Source of the DNA: an uncultured Ectothiorhodospiraceae bacterium
GTDB lineage: Bacteria; Pseudomonadota; Gammaproteobacteria; SZUA-152
Assembly (NCBI GenBank): GCA_964645165.1
Contig: CAZXZI010000002.1
Location: 1 to 62,844 of the forward strand
Length of the DNA: 62,844 bases
Direction of reading: 5' to 3'
The notes beneath the pieces are model-generated. The model did not search any database and was not told the origin of the DNA. It was given only the letters and a program-made list of their open reading frames with translations. The translations under genes and the position numbers were made by a program. Shown here one piece after another: positions 44,849-54,692 of this stretch (position 1 is its first letter; each line of letters opens with the position of its first letter).

Positions 44849-46434
44849 GCGGCGATGATGCTGCGTTGTTCAGATTCCTGCGCTTCGCTCAGTGCGGTTT
44901 CGGTGCGTTTGAGCACCTCGGCGGCGGAGTTGTCGCGGTGGGGATGAATCAGCGTGTAGCCGCAGTGCAGGCTGCAAATGAGTGTGTCGGGGATAGCCGG
45001 GTGTTGTACCTGTTTGCCGAGGAAGGATTTGTGCAGTCGTTCCAGGCAGGGCGTGGCGCCCTCGTTGGTCATGCTGAACATTAGCAGGGCAAATTGATCG
45101 GCATCGAGGTGGGCGATGTGATCCACTTTGCGTGCGTGTTCTTTGAGGGTTTTGCTCAGCAGTTTGAGCGTTTGTGTGGTTTGTTTGTCGCTGAGCTTGT
45201 TTAGCCCCTCCACGTGGATTCGCACCACGCATACTGGCGTACCGCGACGCGCAAAATCGTAGGCGCGAGCAAATTCGATATTAAATTGGCGTCGATTGGG
45301 CAGGCCGGTAACTTCATCGTTGAGTTGCTGGGTTTGCAGCAGTTGCTGTTTTTTATCGATGCCGCGTTGAATGTGGCTGATTGCGGGCAGGATTTCCGCT
45401 GTTTCGCGCAGTTGCGGGGTGGCAAATTCTTCCGCCAGGGGCTCGCCTTCAGCCAGATTGTTGAGCAGGCTTTTGATCTGCGAGAAATCCGTGCCCAGCG
45501 AACGTAGTGCGTAGCGCACCATAAAGGCGATGATGCCCACGGTGAGCAACAGGGCAGAGGTATTAAAAATCACCAGGCTTAAAAAGCTGGGCAATGAGCG
45601 GTCGGCACTTTCGGTGAGGCTGAGCTGCCAATCGCTGTGGGCGAGATTCATTTCCAGGTGTTGCGTTTTGTCCGGGTTGCCGAGATGGTCATTCTGGGTG
45701 ATGGTGTTGCCGCTGCCGTCACGCAGCACCAGCTTTTGTCCGCTGTTGGTATTCCCCTTCAGCAGGGGTTGCAGGGTCGATAGGCCAAAATTGACAAACA
45801 CCATGCCCAGCGGGGTGTCGGCGTCATCCAACACCGGGGCGACCAAATCAAAGTGACTGGTCTCGGGGGTAAGTCGGTGCACCGGCGGCATTTTAATGTG
45901 CTCTCCCTGGCTGAGTTTGGCCAGATCGGTGAGGCTTTGCGGGCCGAGCTGTGTGTCAGCCGGTGCGCCCAGGATCTTCCCCGAGGTGCTCAGCAGCGCC
46001 ACACCCATGGCCTGCGGCAGGAATCGACGCATTTGCAACGCCCAGGTCTGGGCGCTGGTTTCATCATTATTTTCGAGAATGTCCTGCGTGGTGGGCTGGG
46101 TGGCGACGTGGTTGACGATTTCCTGGAAAAAAGCCAATTGCGATTCCAGCGTGTGCGCCTTGTCGGCAAGACGTTGGCTGAGCCCGCTATCTTCCGAGCC
46201 CTGGTAATAGGTTTTAGCCAGAAAAAGATTGGTCGCAGTAATGGATAAAAACAGGGTAACAATGACAATGGCGCTGGTGTAGGCGATAAATTTGACTGAA
46301 AAAGCACTAAACAGGGATTTGCGCTCGGCAGCCGTATTGGCAGCCGCATCGGCGTCAGTCGCGGGCGGTGATGCGCTGTTGGCTTGTTCGGTGACGTAAA
46401 CAACCGGGCCGCTGTGCTCGTTGGTCTGAAACAT
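44845..46434 (-). CDS. Membrane sensor with a periplasmic domain and a degenerate GGDEF domain (DADQF)
   Basis: Two TM segments flank a domain of about 200 aa. The C-terminal DEVTGLPNRRQF...HLDADQFALLM places DADQF where GGDEF is expected. Confidence 0.8.
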   Translation of the reverse strand: MFQTNEHSGPVVYVTEQANSASPPATDADAAANTAAERKSLFSAFSVKFIAYTSAIVIVTLFLSITATNLFLAKTYYQGSEDSGLSQRLADKAHTLESQLAFFQEIVNHVATQPTTQDILENNDETSAQTWALQMRRFLPQAMGVALLSTSGKILGAPADTQLGPQSLTDLAKLSQGEHIKMPPVHRLTPETSHFDLVAPVLDDADTPLGMVFVNFGLSTLQPLLKGNTNSGQKLVLRDGSGNTITQNDHLGNPDKTQHLEMNLAHSDWQLSLTESADRSLPSFLSLVIFNTSALLLTVGIIAFMVRYALRSLGTDFSQIKSLLNNLAEGEPLAEEFATPQLRETAEILPAISHIQRGIDKKQQLLQTQQLNDEVTGLPNRRQFNIEFARAYDFARRGTPVCVVRIHVEGLNKLSDKQTTQTLKLLSKTLKEHARKVDHIAHLDADQFALLMFSMTNEGATPCLERLHKSFLGKQVQHPAIPDTLICSLHCGYTLIHPHRDNSAAEVLKRTETALSEAQESEQRSIIAA

Positions 46435-46865
46435 CGGTCGGGGTGATAGCCTCTTTTTTATCTTTGTCGTGACTAATGGTGAATACGAATGAAGCAAGCT
46501 AAAAACGCTTTGTGTATGTACAGTATAGTGGCTTGAACTGTACACAAACTTAATGGTCTGCATAGTTTAAGTTTGCGCAGTCGGAAACGGTGTAAACGCT
46601 CTGCCAGCCCAGAAGGTTGCCTTTGTTTTTATGTCTGCTTGAGGACTTTGTCGGTATATCTGTAAAAATGTTGAATCTTGCTCTCGAACGGTTATTTTAC
46701 GATAAGCTGCGTAAGAAAATAAACCTTAAAATCGATAATTTTATCGCGGCATTCGCTGAGTTTTGGCGTGAATTTTGACCACTTTGCCTCGTAATTGCTG
46801 GCTGGCATTGGGTTGTTTGAGCCGATGGGGTATGCTCGAGTGGACGATATGTTGAGCGGAGTAGT

Positions 46866-47444
46866 ATGAAAAATGTAAGTTTAGCGCGACGGAGGTTCGC
46901 GTTTTTAAGTGCGAGTCTTGCGGGCTTGGGGCTGTTGGCGTCGGGTATGGCCTATGCGGCGGGCGTGACGGCGAGTGCGACAGAGAATGTGGCACGATTT
47001 GCTCAATTAGACGAAGCTGCTGAAAAAATTCTTAATAAAGTCACTGCCTTGGGTGGTGATATGGCTGTGCTGGAAGAAGCACGGGAATTGTCACCCAAAA
47101 CGCAACTGCTGTTGTTAGTAACAGTCGATCCCAGTCCATTTTTCCAGTTAGATGCCATCCAGCTGCAAATTGACGAGCACGCGGCGGCTTACCACCAATA
47201 TACCAAACTCGAATTGGCCGCGCTGCAACAGGGCGGCAGTCATCGGTTGTTTTGGGACAATGTGCCCGCCGGTCGGCACCAGCTCACCGTGTCAATGATG
47301 GGACGCGTGCCCAAAGATCCCGACTTTCAGCGCGAATCCACACTGGTGATTATTTCCGGCGTGGGACGTCGGGTGGTGGAGTTGCGGGTCGCCTCGGGTA
47401 AAAGTCAGCCGTTTCCAGAAATGTCACTCAAGGAGTGGAAGTAA
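46866..47444 (+). CDS. Secreted 192-aa protein, first gene of the TPR/ExbBD cluster
   Basis: The signal peptide is MKNVSLARRRFAFLSASLAGLGLLASGMAYA. The stop TAA abuts the next ATG. Confidence 0.7.
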   Translation: MKNVSLARRRFAFLSASLAGLGLLASGMAYAAGVTASATENVARFAQLDEAAEKILNKVTALGGDMAVLEEARELSPKTQLLLLVTVDPSPFFQLDAIQLQIDEHAAAYHQYTKLELAALQQGGSHRLFWDNVPAGRHQLTVSMMGRVPKDPDFQRESTLVIISGVGRRVVELRVASGKSQPFPEMSLKEWK

Positions 47445-48914
47445 ATGCGTGGCCGTCAGATGAGCGGCGCGCTTCTCTGTGCGGTGGCAGGTGTGTTGCT
47501 GGGCGCTGATGCGCTTGCCGCCACGCCAATCAACTGGGAGCGCATTGAAGACCCGTTAGTGCGTGCCGCCCAGTTTGATTTGTTGATGGGCGAACCGTTT
47601 GAGGCAGTCACTCGTTTGGAAGCGGATCTTGGGCAGGGACGCATTAAACATCGGCCCGCTCAGGCGCAGTTGGTGCTGGGCGGTATGTATCTCGCCAATG
47701 GCGCGCATCACAAGGCGGCAGAGATTTTTGAGCGTTTGGGCAACAGTGACCAACCACAGGCGGTGCGCAATCAAGCCTGGTTGAGTCTGGCGCAAGTGCA
47801 GTATCAGCGCGGGCAAACCGAAGTGGCGCTGGCATCGTTGCACCGTATTCGCGGCGATTTATCCAGTCAGGCACAGCAGGAGCGTTTGTTGCTCAGTGGA
47901 ATGTTGAACATGAAGAAAGGTCGTTTTGCAGAGGCGGCAAATTCGCTGCGCCAGTTGGGAAAAAAATCGCTGGTGCAGCAATTGAGTGAAAAATCCGTGT
48001 GGGCGACTTACGGTCGTTTCAATCTGGGGGTGGCGTTGTTTCGGCAGGGCGAAGAAGCCGAAGGCAACAAATTGCTGGAAGAGTTGGGTGCTGCAGAGGC
48101 AGATACTGTAGAGAGTCTTGCACTGCGTGACAAGGCGAATTTGACTCTAGCTTACCATTATCTCAGCAAAAATGAACCGGAAAAGGCACAGCAATATTTT
48201 GTCAAAACGCGTTTGCGAGGCCCCATGTCCAGTCGTGCTTTGCTGGGGCTGGGACGCGCTTATTCTGCCAAGGGGCAGGATAAAAAATCGCTGGTGCCCT
48301 GGTTGAAGCTGGTCAAGCTGGATGCCAGCGATCCTGCCGTGCAAGATGGTTTGCTGGCCGTGCCGTTCGCCTTCGGCAGACTGGAAGCCTTCAAGCAAGC
48401 GCTGGCCTATTACCAGCAAGCACTGGAAAAGTTTAAGGCAGAAATGGAACAAGTACGCCAGGCGGAAACGGCGGTGAACAGCGGTACCCTGGTGGATAAT
48501 CTGGCGCGTGCGGTGGCCAGCCAATCGGCGGACCAACGCTGGCTGGTGCAGGAGCTACCTAACACCCCCGGCGGGCGCTATTTGTGGCAGCTGTTTGCCA
48601 CCAATGAATTTCAGGAAACTCTGAAAAATTATGCGCAGTTGCGGTTATCGTTGGGACGGCTGGAGCAGTGGTCATCGCAGATTGATGATGCCAAAAGCCT
48701 GGCGCCATCACATCGGCAAAAGTTAGATAAAAGAGTGTTGGCTTTGCAGGGTGCGTTATTGTCGATGTTGGATCGCATTCAAGCCCACCTCAAGATATTG
48801 GCGCAGGAAACGCTGGATCACCGCAAGCAGCGCCTGCTCGGTTATGCCGGAGAAGCGCGTTTTTCCATGGCGCAGATTTATGATTATGCATCCAAGCGCT
48901 GGGGTAGTCAGTAA
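47445..48914 (+). CDS. Secreted TPR-like repeat protein (489 aa)
   Basis: A signal peptide is followed by repeated helical A/L/Y/G patterns (e.g. LVLGGMYLANGAHHKAAEIFERL, AYHYLSKNEPEKAQQYF). Confidence 0.75.
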   Translation: MRGRQMSGALLCAVAGVLLGADALAATPINWERIEDPLVRAAQFDLLMGEPFEAVTRLEADLGQGRIKHRPAQAQLVLGGMYLANGAHHKAAEIFERLGNSDQPQAVRNQAWLSLAQVQYQRGQTEVALASLHRIRGDLSSQAQQERLLLSGMLNMKKGRFAEAANSLRQLGKKSLVQQLSEKSVWATYGRFNLGVALFRQGEEAEGNKLLEELGAAEADTVESLALRDKANLTLAYHYLSKNEPEKAQQYFVKTRLRGPMSSRALLGLGRAYSAKGQDKKSLVPWLKLVKLDASDPAVQDGLLAVPFAFGRLEAFKQALAYYQQALEKFKAEMEQVRQAETAVNSGTLVDNLARAVASQSADQRWLVQELPNTPGGRYLWQLFATNEFQETLKNYAQLRLSLGRLEQWSSQIDDAKSLAPSHRQKLDKRVLALQGALLSMLDRIQAHLKILAQETLDHRKQRLLGYAGEARFSMAQIYDYASKRWGSQ

Positions 48915-51772
48915 TGAATTTGAGGTTATTGTACCAGCTGTTGAATAAGCGATTATTGGTTTTGCTGCCAATCTTGCTTGTGGCGGGTTGTGCTGGCGCA
49001 CCGAAGCAGGAAACGCTCGGCGACCTTGGTGAGCTGGATATTAAAATTGATACCAAATCGCCTATCGCGGGCAGTCGCAACAAGGCGATGGATAATTATT
49101 GGGAGTTCATGTCGGGCGCCAAGGAAGAGACACAAAAAGTTGAGGCCATGCGCCGCTTGGCCGATTTGGAAATGGAGCGCAGTGAAGAGCGTTTTCAAAA
49201 GCAAATGGAAGTGTTTGCGCAGAGCGATTCGGCGGGTTATACCGATGCCCAGGCTTTACGGGAAATTACATTCCGCGGCGCCATCAAACTTTACGAAGAC
49301 GCTCTGAAATTATCCAGTGGTGGCAAACAATCCATTGATTTGCTGTACCAGGTTTCCAAGGCTTATGAGCAAGCGGGCCAACAAGAGAAAGCCATGGATG
49401 CACTAAATCGCCTGTTGGCAATGGATCCGCTGGCAAAGAATCGCGACGAACTACAATTTCGCCGTGGCGAGTTGCTGTTTGATTTACATAAATTCAAATT
49501 GGCGGAACTGGCCTACACGCAAACCATCAGTATGGGTCCATCTTCGCGCTATTACGAAAAAGCAATGACCAAGCAGGGCTGGACTTTATTCAAGCAAGGA
49601 AAATACCCGCGCGCCTTGAAAACGTTCTTTTCTCTGGCAGATCGCAAACTTAAACCTGCGGTGGGTTTGGTGGGCACACGTAAATTGAGTCGCGGTGACA
49701 AAGAACTTATTGATGATGTGTTTCGTATTGTGACGTTGACGTTTGATGAATTGGGCGGCGCAAAAGCGATAAAAACCTATTTTGACGAAAATGGACGTCG
49801 TGGCTATGAGATTCGGGTGTACCGCGACCTGGCTGAATTTTATGCGAAAAAGAATCGAGTGCGGGATGCGGCGGAAGCCTACCATGCCTTTACGAAAGCA
49901 TATCCCATGCATGAGCAGGCCTTTGAATTTGATTTGAAAGCAATAAATGCCTACACCCGATCGGGTTTTGCCAGTGTGCTGATCGAAGAAAAACGCACCT
50001 TTATTAAGCGCTACCGTATTAATGGCGCTTACTGGAAACATTACGAAGATCAGGAAGATACCATTCTTGCACAGCTAAAGGCCGCACTACAAAAAAATTC
50101 GGAAGATGTGGTGCGCCATTTTCATGCGGTAGCGCAGAAAAGCAAAACGGCGGTTGCCTATCAAACGGCCTTTGTCTGGTATCGACAACACCTGAAATGG
50201 TTTGGCCAAAGTAATCATGCACAAAAGCTGAATTTTCTTTATGCAGAACTTTTATTCGAATCAGGGAACTTTGAAAAAGCCGCCAAAGAATATGAAAAAA
50301 CAGCATATCGCTATTTGCGCTTTGGCAAAGATGCTGAGGCTGGATATGCCGCGTTGCTGTCCTACGCCGAGGCAGAAAAAAAGGCAAAAGGGAAACAAAA
50401 GGCAACCTGGAGTCGTTTAGCAGTGGGTAGCGCCATGCGCTTCGGTAAAACATTTCCTGACGATAAGCGCGCAGCACAAGTATTGACCAAAGCGGCTCAG
50501 GACATGTTTGCCCTGAAAAAATTTAATCAGGCTGCTGTGGCGGCACGGCAAATTTTGGAGTTGTCGCATGATGCGAAGCCGGCGGCGAGGCGCACGGCGT
50601 GGAAAATCATCGCGCGTGCTGAATTTGAGAAGGGTGATTATGCACGTGCAGAAGTGGCTTATAAAGTGGCGTTGAGTTTAACGGGCGTTGATGATGCCAG
50701 TCGGACAGCGTTAAGAGATGGCTTGGCTGCCGCCGTGTACAAACAGGGTGAGTACTTGAAGTCAAAAGGAAATTTGCAGGCAGCGATTGCTCAGTTTGCC
50801 CGGGTTGAGCAGGTGTCGCCTGACTCTGCGGTGATTCAATCCGCTGAATTTGATATTGCTGCCAGCCTGATGGAAGCCAAAAATTGGCTGGGTGCGATAA
50901 CTAAGTTTACGGTGTTCCGTGATCAGCACCCCGAGCACCCACTGACGGCGAGGGTCTCGGAAAATTTGATCAAGGCATATTTGAAAAACAAACAGCCGCT
51001 GAAAGCGGCCGCAGAACTGGAAAGTTTGGCGGCTAACAAAACAGACCCTGAAATCAAACGGGACGCCCTGTGGCAGGCGGCAGAATTGTACGAAAAGTCA
51101 GGTAGTCAGCAGCAGGTTATCGCCACCTTCAAGCGTTTTGTGGGTATGTTTCCACAGCCCATGGAGCAAGCGACTGAAGCACGCAATAAATTGGCCGCTA
51201 TTTATGGTAAATCAGGTCAGGCGAGTGAGCGTAGGTACTGGTTGAAAGAAATTATACGCCGCGACAAAAATGCAGGGAGTGCCAGTACTCCGCGTACGCG
51301 ATATCTGGCGGCGACAGCGGCATTGGAGTTGGCTGAGCCAGCCCTGCATTCTTTTCAGCAGGTCAAGTTAGTGCGGCCATTAAAGCAGAACTTGAAACGT
51401 AAGAAGAAAAAGATGAAGGAGGCCGTGGATGCATTTACGGTCGCTGCAGATTACGGAATTGCTGAAGTCTCCACAGAATCGGTTTATTGGCTGGGAGAAA
51501 TTTACAATGAGTTTGGCCGAGATTTGATGACATCAGAACGGCCGCCAGGTTTGTCGCAGGAAGAGCTTGAACAATACGATATTCTTTTGGAAGAACAAGC
51601 CTACCCCTTTGAAGAGAAGTCGATTACCATTCATGAGTCGAATGTGAGCCGCACGAGCGAGGGCACATTTGACAAGTGGGTGAAAAAAAGTTTTGCAAAA
51701 TTACGGAAGCTGAGCCCCATACGTTACTCCAAGTCAGAAAAGAGTGAAGCAATTGCCCAGTTTATTTATTAG
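48914..51772 (+). CDS. Large TPR lipoprotein (952 aa)
   Basis: A lipobox LLVAGC is present and the start overlaps the upstream stop (TAATG). TPR-like helical repeats run throughout. Confidence 0.8.
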   Translation: MNLRLLYQLLNKRLLVLLPILLVAGCAGAPKQETLGDLGELDIKIDTKSPIAGSRNKAMDNYWEFMSGAKEETQKVEAMRRLADLEMERSEERFQKQMEVFAQSDSAGYTDAQALREITFRGAIKLYEDALKLSSGGKQSIDLLYQVSKAYEQAGQQEKAMDALNRLLAMDPLAKNRDELQFRRGELLFDLHKFKLAELAYTQTISMGPSSRYYEKAMTKQGWTLFKQGKYPRALKTFFSLADRKLKPAVGLVGTRKLSRGDKELIDDVFRIVTLTFDELGGAKAIKTYFDENGRRGYEIRVYRDLAEFYAKKNRVRDAAEAYHAFTKAYPMHEQAFEFDLKAINAYTRSGFASVLIEEKRTFIKRYRINGAYWKHYEDQEDTILAQLKAALQKNSEDVVRHFHAVAQKSKTAVAYQTAFVWYRQHLKWFGQSNHAQKLNFLYAELLFESGNFEKAAKEYEKTAYRYLRFGKDAEAGYAALLSYAEAEKKAKGKQKATWSRLAVGSAMRFGKTFPDDKRAAQVLTKAAQDMFALKKFNQAAVAARQILELSHDAKPAARRTAWKIIARAEFEKGDYARAEVAYKVALSLTGVDDASRTALRDGLAAAVYKQGEYLKSKGNLQAAIAQFARVEQVSPDSAVIQSAEFDIAASLMEAKNWLGAITKFTVFRDQHPEHPLTARVSENLIKAYLKNKQPLKAAAELESLAANKTDPEIKRDALWQAAELYEKSGSQQQVIATFKRFVGMFPQPMEQATEARNKLAAIYGKSGQASERRYWLKEIIRRDKNAGSASTPRTRYLAATAALELAEPALHSFQQVKLVRPLKQNLKRKKKKMKEAVDAFTVAADYGIAEVSTESVYWLGEIYNEFGRDLMTSERPPGLSQEELEQYDILLEEQAYPFEEKSITIHESNVSRTSEGTFDKWVKKSFAKLRKLSPIRYSKSEKSEAIAQFIY

Positions 51773-51793
51773 CACCTTCTAAAACGGTTTTTT

Positions 51794-52429
51794 ATGCAAT
51801 TTTTATTTTCCTCAAGAAAAAGTTTACAGAGACATTTTAACCACCTTATTTTTGTTGGGATGGTTTTATTGCTGGGTGCTTGTGCAGCTACAGGCCCTAG
51901 CAGTGATGTTGATTCTACGCCGAAAAAAGAACGGCCAAAAATTGATCCGAAAATTGCTACAGCGTATGAAGCTGCTTTATCAGCCATGCGTGCGGGCAAG
52001 ACGGCAAAGGCAGAAAAGGCTTTGCAGCAATTAACAGCGCAATACCCGAATTATTCCGGCCCACAAGCCAATCTAGGTATCTTATATTTCCACCAAAATA
52101 AATTAGAAAAGGCAAAGATGGCCTTTCAGGCGTCATTAAAAATAAATCCTCAAAATGTCGTTAGCTTGAACCATCTGGGTATTCTTAGCCGTGGCGCCGG
52201 GGATTTCAAACAAGCACAAATTTATTATGAGAAGGCGTTGCAGATAGACCCAAAATACGCATACGCCCATCTTAATTATGGCATTTTGTTAGAGTTATAT
52301 ATGGGCAAGTTTTCAGCAGCATTGCAGCACTATCAGCAGTATCAAAAATTGACGCCAGAAGAAGATATCGAAGTTAAGAAATGGATTGTTGACTTGGGGC
52401 GTCGAGTCAAAGCTAAGGCGAAAAAATGA
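51794..52429 (+). CDS. TPR lipoprotein (211 aa)
   Basis: A lipobox LLLGAC is followed by canonical TPRs (NLGILYFHQNKLEKAKMAFQASLKINPQN, NHLGILSRGAGDFKQAQIYYEKALQIDPKY). Confidence 0.8.
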   Translation: MQFLFSSRKSLQRHFNHLIFVGMVLLLGACAATGPSSDVDSTPKKERPKIDPKIATAYEAALSAMRAGKTAKAEKALQQLTAQYPNYSGPQANLGILYFHQNKLEKAKMAFQASLKINPQNVVSLNHLGILSRGAGDFKQAQIYYEKALQIDPKYAYAHLNYGILLELYMGKFSAALQHYQQYQKLTPEEDIEVKKWIVDLGRRVKAKAKK

Positions 52430-52728
52430 AACAACTTTTCTTTCCGATTTTTATTGCGGTGATGTTGCTATCGACGAATGCACTAGCTTCAGATCGCATT
52501 GAGTTGGATGAAACCGCGATACAGGGTAGTCGGGAATTACCCAAAATTTTGTATATCGTGCCGTGGAAAAGCGCACGTCTGGGTTTGCTGCAAGGCAGTG
52601 CGGGGAGTAGTTCTTTTGATACTGCTTTTGAAGCCTTGGACAGAGATGTATTCCGACGCCAGATCGAATATTATGGCATGCTATACGGAAGCGTGACGCA
52701 AGCGGCATCTAATGTAAGCGTGAAGTAG
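52426..52728 (+). CDS. Small secreted protein (100 aa)
   Basis: The signal peptide is MKQLFFPIFIAVMLLSTNALA. An ATGA overlap links it to the upstream gene. Confidence 0.65.
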   Translation: MKQLFFPIFIAVMLLSTNALASDRIELDETAIQGSRELPKILYIVPWKSARLGLLQGSAGSSSFDTAFEALDRDVFRRQIEYYGMLYGSVTQAASNVSVK

Positions 52729-53019
52729 GGCGCAGAACAAACAACAGTTTGATGCCGTGAATAATAAGTTAGATGTAGGCATTAACTGACTGAACCTTCC
52801 TGATTTACTATCAGAAATTTAAGAAAATCGTTAAAATGCCGCCATCTATAAGGCATTTACGCATGTGCATTGTTTGCAGCGTTTTGTGAACTAGGTCAGA
52901 TTAAAGTGAGTACATTTCGTGGCACGCTAGGCCGCAATCTGGGTAATAAGGTTATACCGGTAACATATAAGACCAAACGTGCGGCATAAAATTGATTGAT
53001 GTGATTTGAGGAGAGAAAT

Positions 53020-53676
53020 ATGGATGTCATTAACGCGATTGTGAAATTTTTCCAGGAAGGCGGGATGTTTATGTATCCCATCTTGTTGGTATTTGCGATA
53101 GGTGCCGCGATTGCGATTGAACGATATATGTATCTGACCCTCGCTAAATTAAGCAATCGTAGCATGTGGGATAAATTAACCCCGCTAGTGAAGGCCAATA
53201 ATTATGAGCAGGCGATGGCGATCAGTAGCCGTTCAAAATCAGAAGTTGGCAAGATCATGTCTTATGGATTAAGCCGTTTGCGCATGACCAAGCATCGTGA
53301 TGATATCGAAATTGCCATGGAAGAAGGCTTGATGGAAGTCATTCCTCGGCTTGAGAAACGTACTCATTACCTAGCGACCTACGCCAATATTGCGACCTTG
53401 CTCGGTTTGTTGGGCACTATCATTGGTCTGATCCAGGCCTTTACTGCAGTAGCCAATGCCAATCCGGCAGATAAGGCCGACTTGCTCTCTGCCAGTATTT
53501 CCGTGGCCATGAACACCACCGCCTTTGGTTTGATGGCCGCAATTCCTTTACTGCTGATGTTTACCGTATTGCAAACAAAAACAACGGAGATTGTCGACAG
53601 CATGGAAATGGCTACAGTGAAATTTCTCAATTCGATCACTGAGTACCGCAAAGAACCTGCGCGTAAAGCAAATTAA
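53020..53676 (+). CDS. MotA/TolQ/ExbB proton-channel protein
   Basis: GAGGAGAG precedes the ATG. Three TM segments and the conserved LATYANIATLLGLLGTIIGLIQAF and SVAMNTTAFGL motifs are present. Confidence 0.9.
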   Translation: MDVINAIVKFFQEGGMFMYPILLVFAIGAAIAIERYMYLTLAKLSNRSMWDKLTPLVKANNYEQAMAISSRSKSEVGKIMSYGLSRLRMTKHRDDIEIAMEEGLMEVIPRLEKRTHYLATYANIATLLGLLGTIIGLIQAFTAVANANPADKADLLSASISVAMNTTAFGLMAAIPLLLMFTVLQTKTTEIVDSMEMATVKFLNSITEYRKEPARKAN

Positions 53677-53691
53677 GCGGAACGACTTCGT

Positions 53692-54186
53692 ATGTCTGTA
53701 AGATCCCGCGTACGGCGCGCACATCGTGAAGCGCCAGAACTGAATATCACTGCCTTTTTGAATTTAATGGTAGTGCTCATTCCGTTTTTGCTGCTTTCAG
53801 CTGTCTTTTCCCAGCTCAGCATTCTGGAGCTTAATCTACCGCCAGATACAAAATCACAGGCTAACAAAGAGCAAAAGAAGGTGCGGAATTTTGAGGTGAT
53901 TATCCGCAAAGACAGATTAGTAGTTGCGGATACTATTGGCGGCGTGTTGAAAATCATTAAAAACACGGATGGCAAACATGACTTTGTAGCGCTTTCAAAT
54001 TTCCTGACGAAGGTCAAAGTGCGTTTCCCCAAAAAGCAAAACATCAGCATTTTGTTAGAGCCGGACACTAATTATGAGCTGCTGGTCAAAGCCATGGACA
54101 CGGTTCGCGAGGTAAAAGTGGTTGAGGCAGCATCTGTTGTGAGAAAAGAATTATTTCCACAGATCGCCATTGGTGATGCGCCATGA
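53692..54186 (+). CDS. ExbD/TolR family protein (paralog 1)
   Basis: ELNITAFLNLMVVLIPFLL forms the N-terminal TM segment with the family pattern, followed by a periplasmic domain. Confidence 0.85.
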   Translation: MSVRSRVRRAHREAPELNITAFLNLMVVLIPFLLLSAVFSQLSILELNLPPDTKSQANKEQKKVRNFEVIIRKDRLVVADTIGGVLKIIKNTDGKHDFVALSNFLTKVKVRFPKKQNISILLEPDTNYELLVKAMDTVREVKVVEAASVVRKELFPQIAIGDAP

Positions 54187-54689
54187 GCGAGTCTCGTCGC
54201 GCCAAGCGAATGTCGCGCCATCATGCGCGTTCCAAACGCAATGCCACGCTTAATATGGTTTCATTGATGGACATCTTCACTATATTGGTGTTCTTTCTCT
54301 TGGTGAGCTCCTCGACAGTGCAGGATTTACCAAACGCTAAGAAAATCAAACTTCCAGAATCTATTTCTGATCAGCTGCCAAAGGAAACTGTCGTCATTAT
54401 AGTGGGTGCGAGTGATATCGTTGTGCAAGGCAGAAAAATTGCCTCAGTCGCGGATGTGATGCGCACGAAGAGCGCAGAAATTAAAGCCCTAAAAAATGAA
54501 CTACTACGTCTTACTGCTCGGAAAGTACGAACAAAAACAGTCGATGGTAAACCCGTGTTGCGGGAAGTCACCATCATGGGCGATAAGAAAATTCCTTTTG
54601 CCTTGTTGAAAAAAATTATGCTGACGTGCACAAAAGCGAGTTACAGCAATATTTCTCTGGCAGTTTTGCATAAACGGGATAAGGGTTAA
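54183..54689 (+). CDS. ExbD/TolR family protein (paralog 2)
   Basis: LNMVSLMDIFTILVFFLLV forms the TM segment with the conserved Asp. An ATGA overlap links it to the previous gene. Confidence 0.85.
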   Translation: MSESRRAKRMSRHHARSKRNATLNMVSLMDIFTILVFFLLVSSSTVQDLPNAKKIKLPESISDQLPKETVVIIVGASDIVVQGRKIASVADVMRTKSAEIKALKNELLRLTARKVRTKTVDGKPVLREVTIMGDKKIPFALLKKIMLTCTKASYSNISLAVLHKRDKG

Positions 54690-54692
54690 GTC

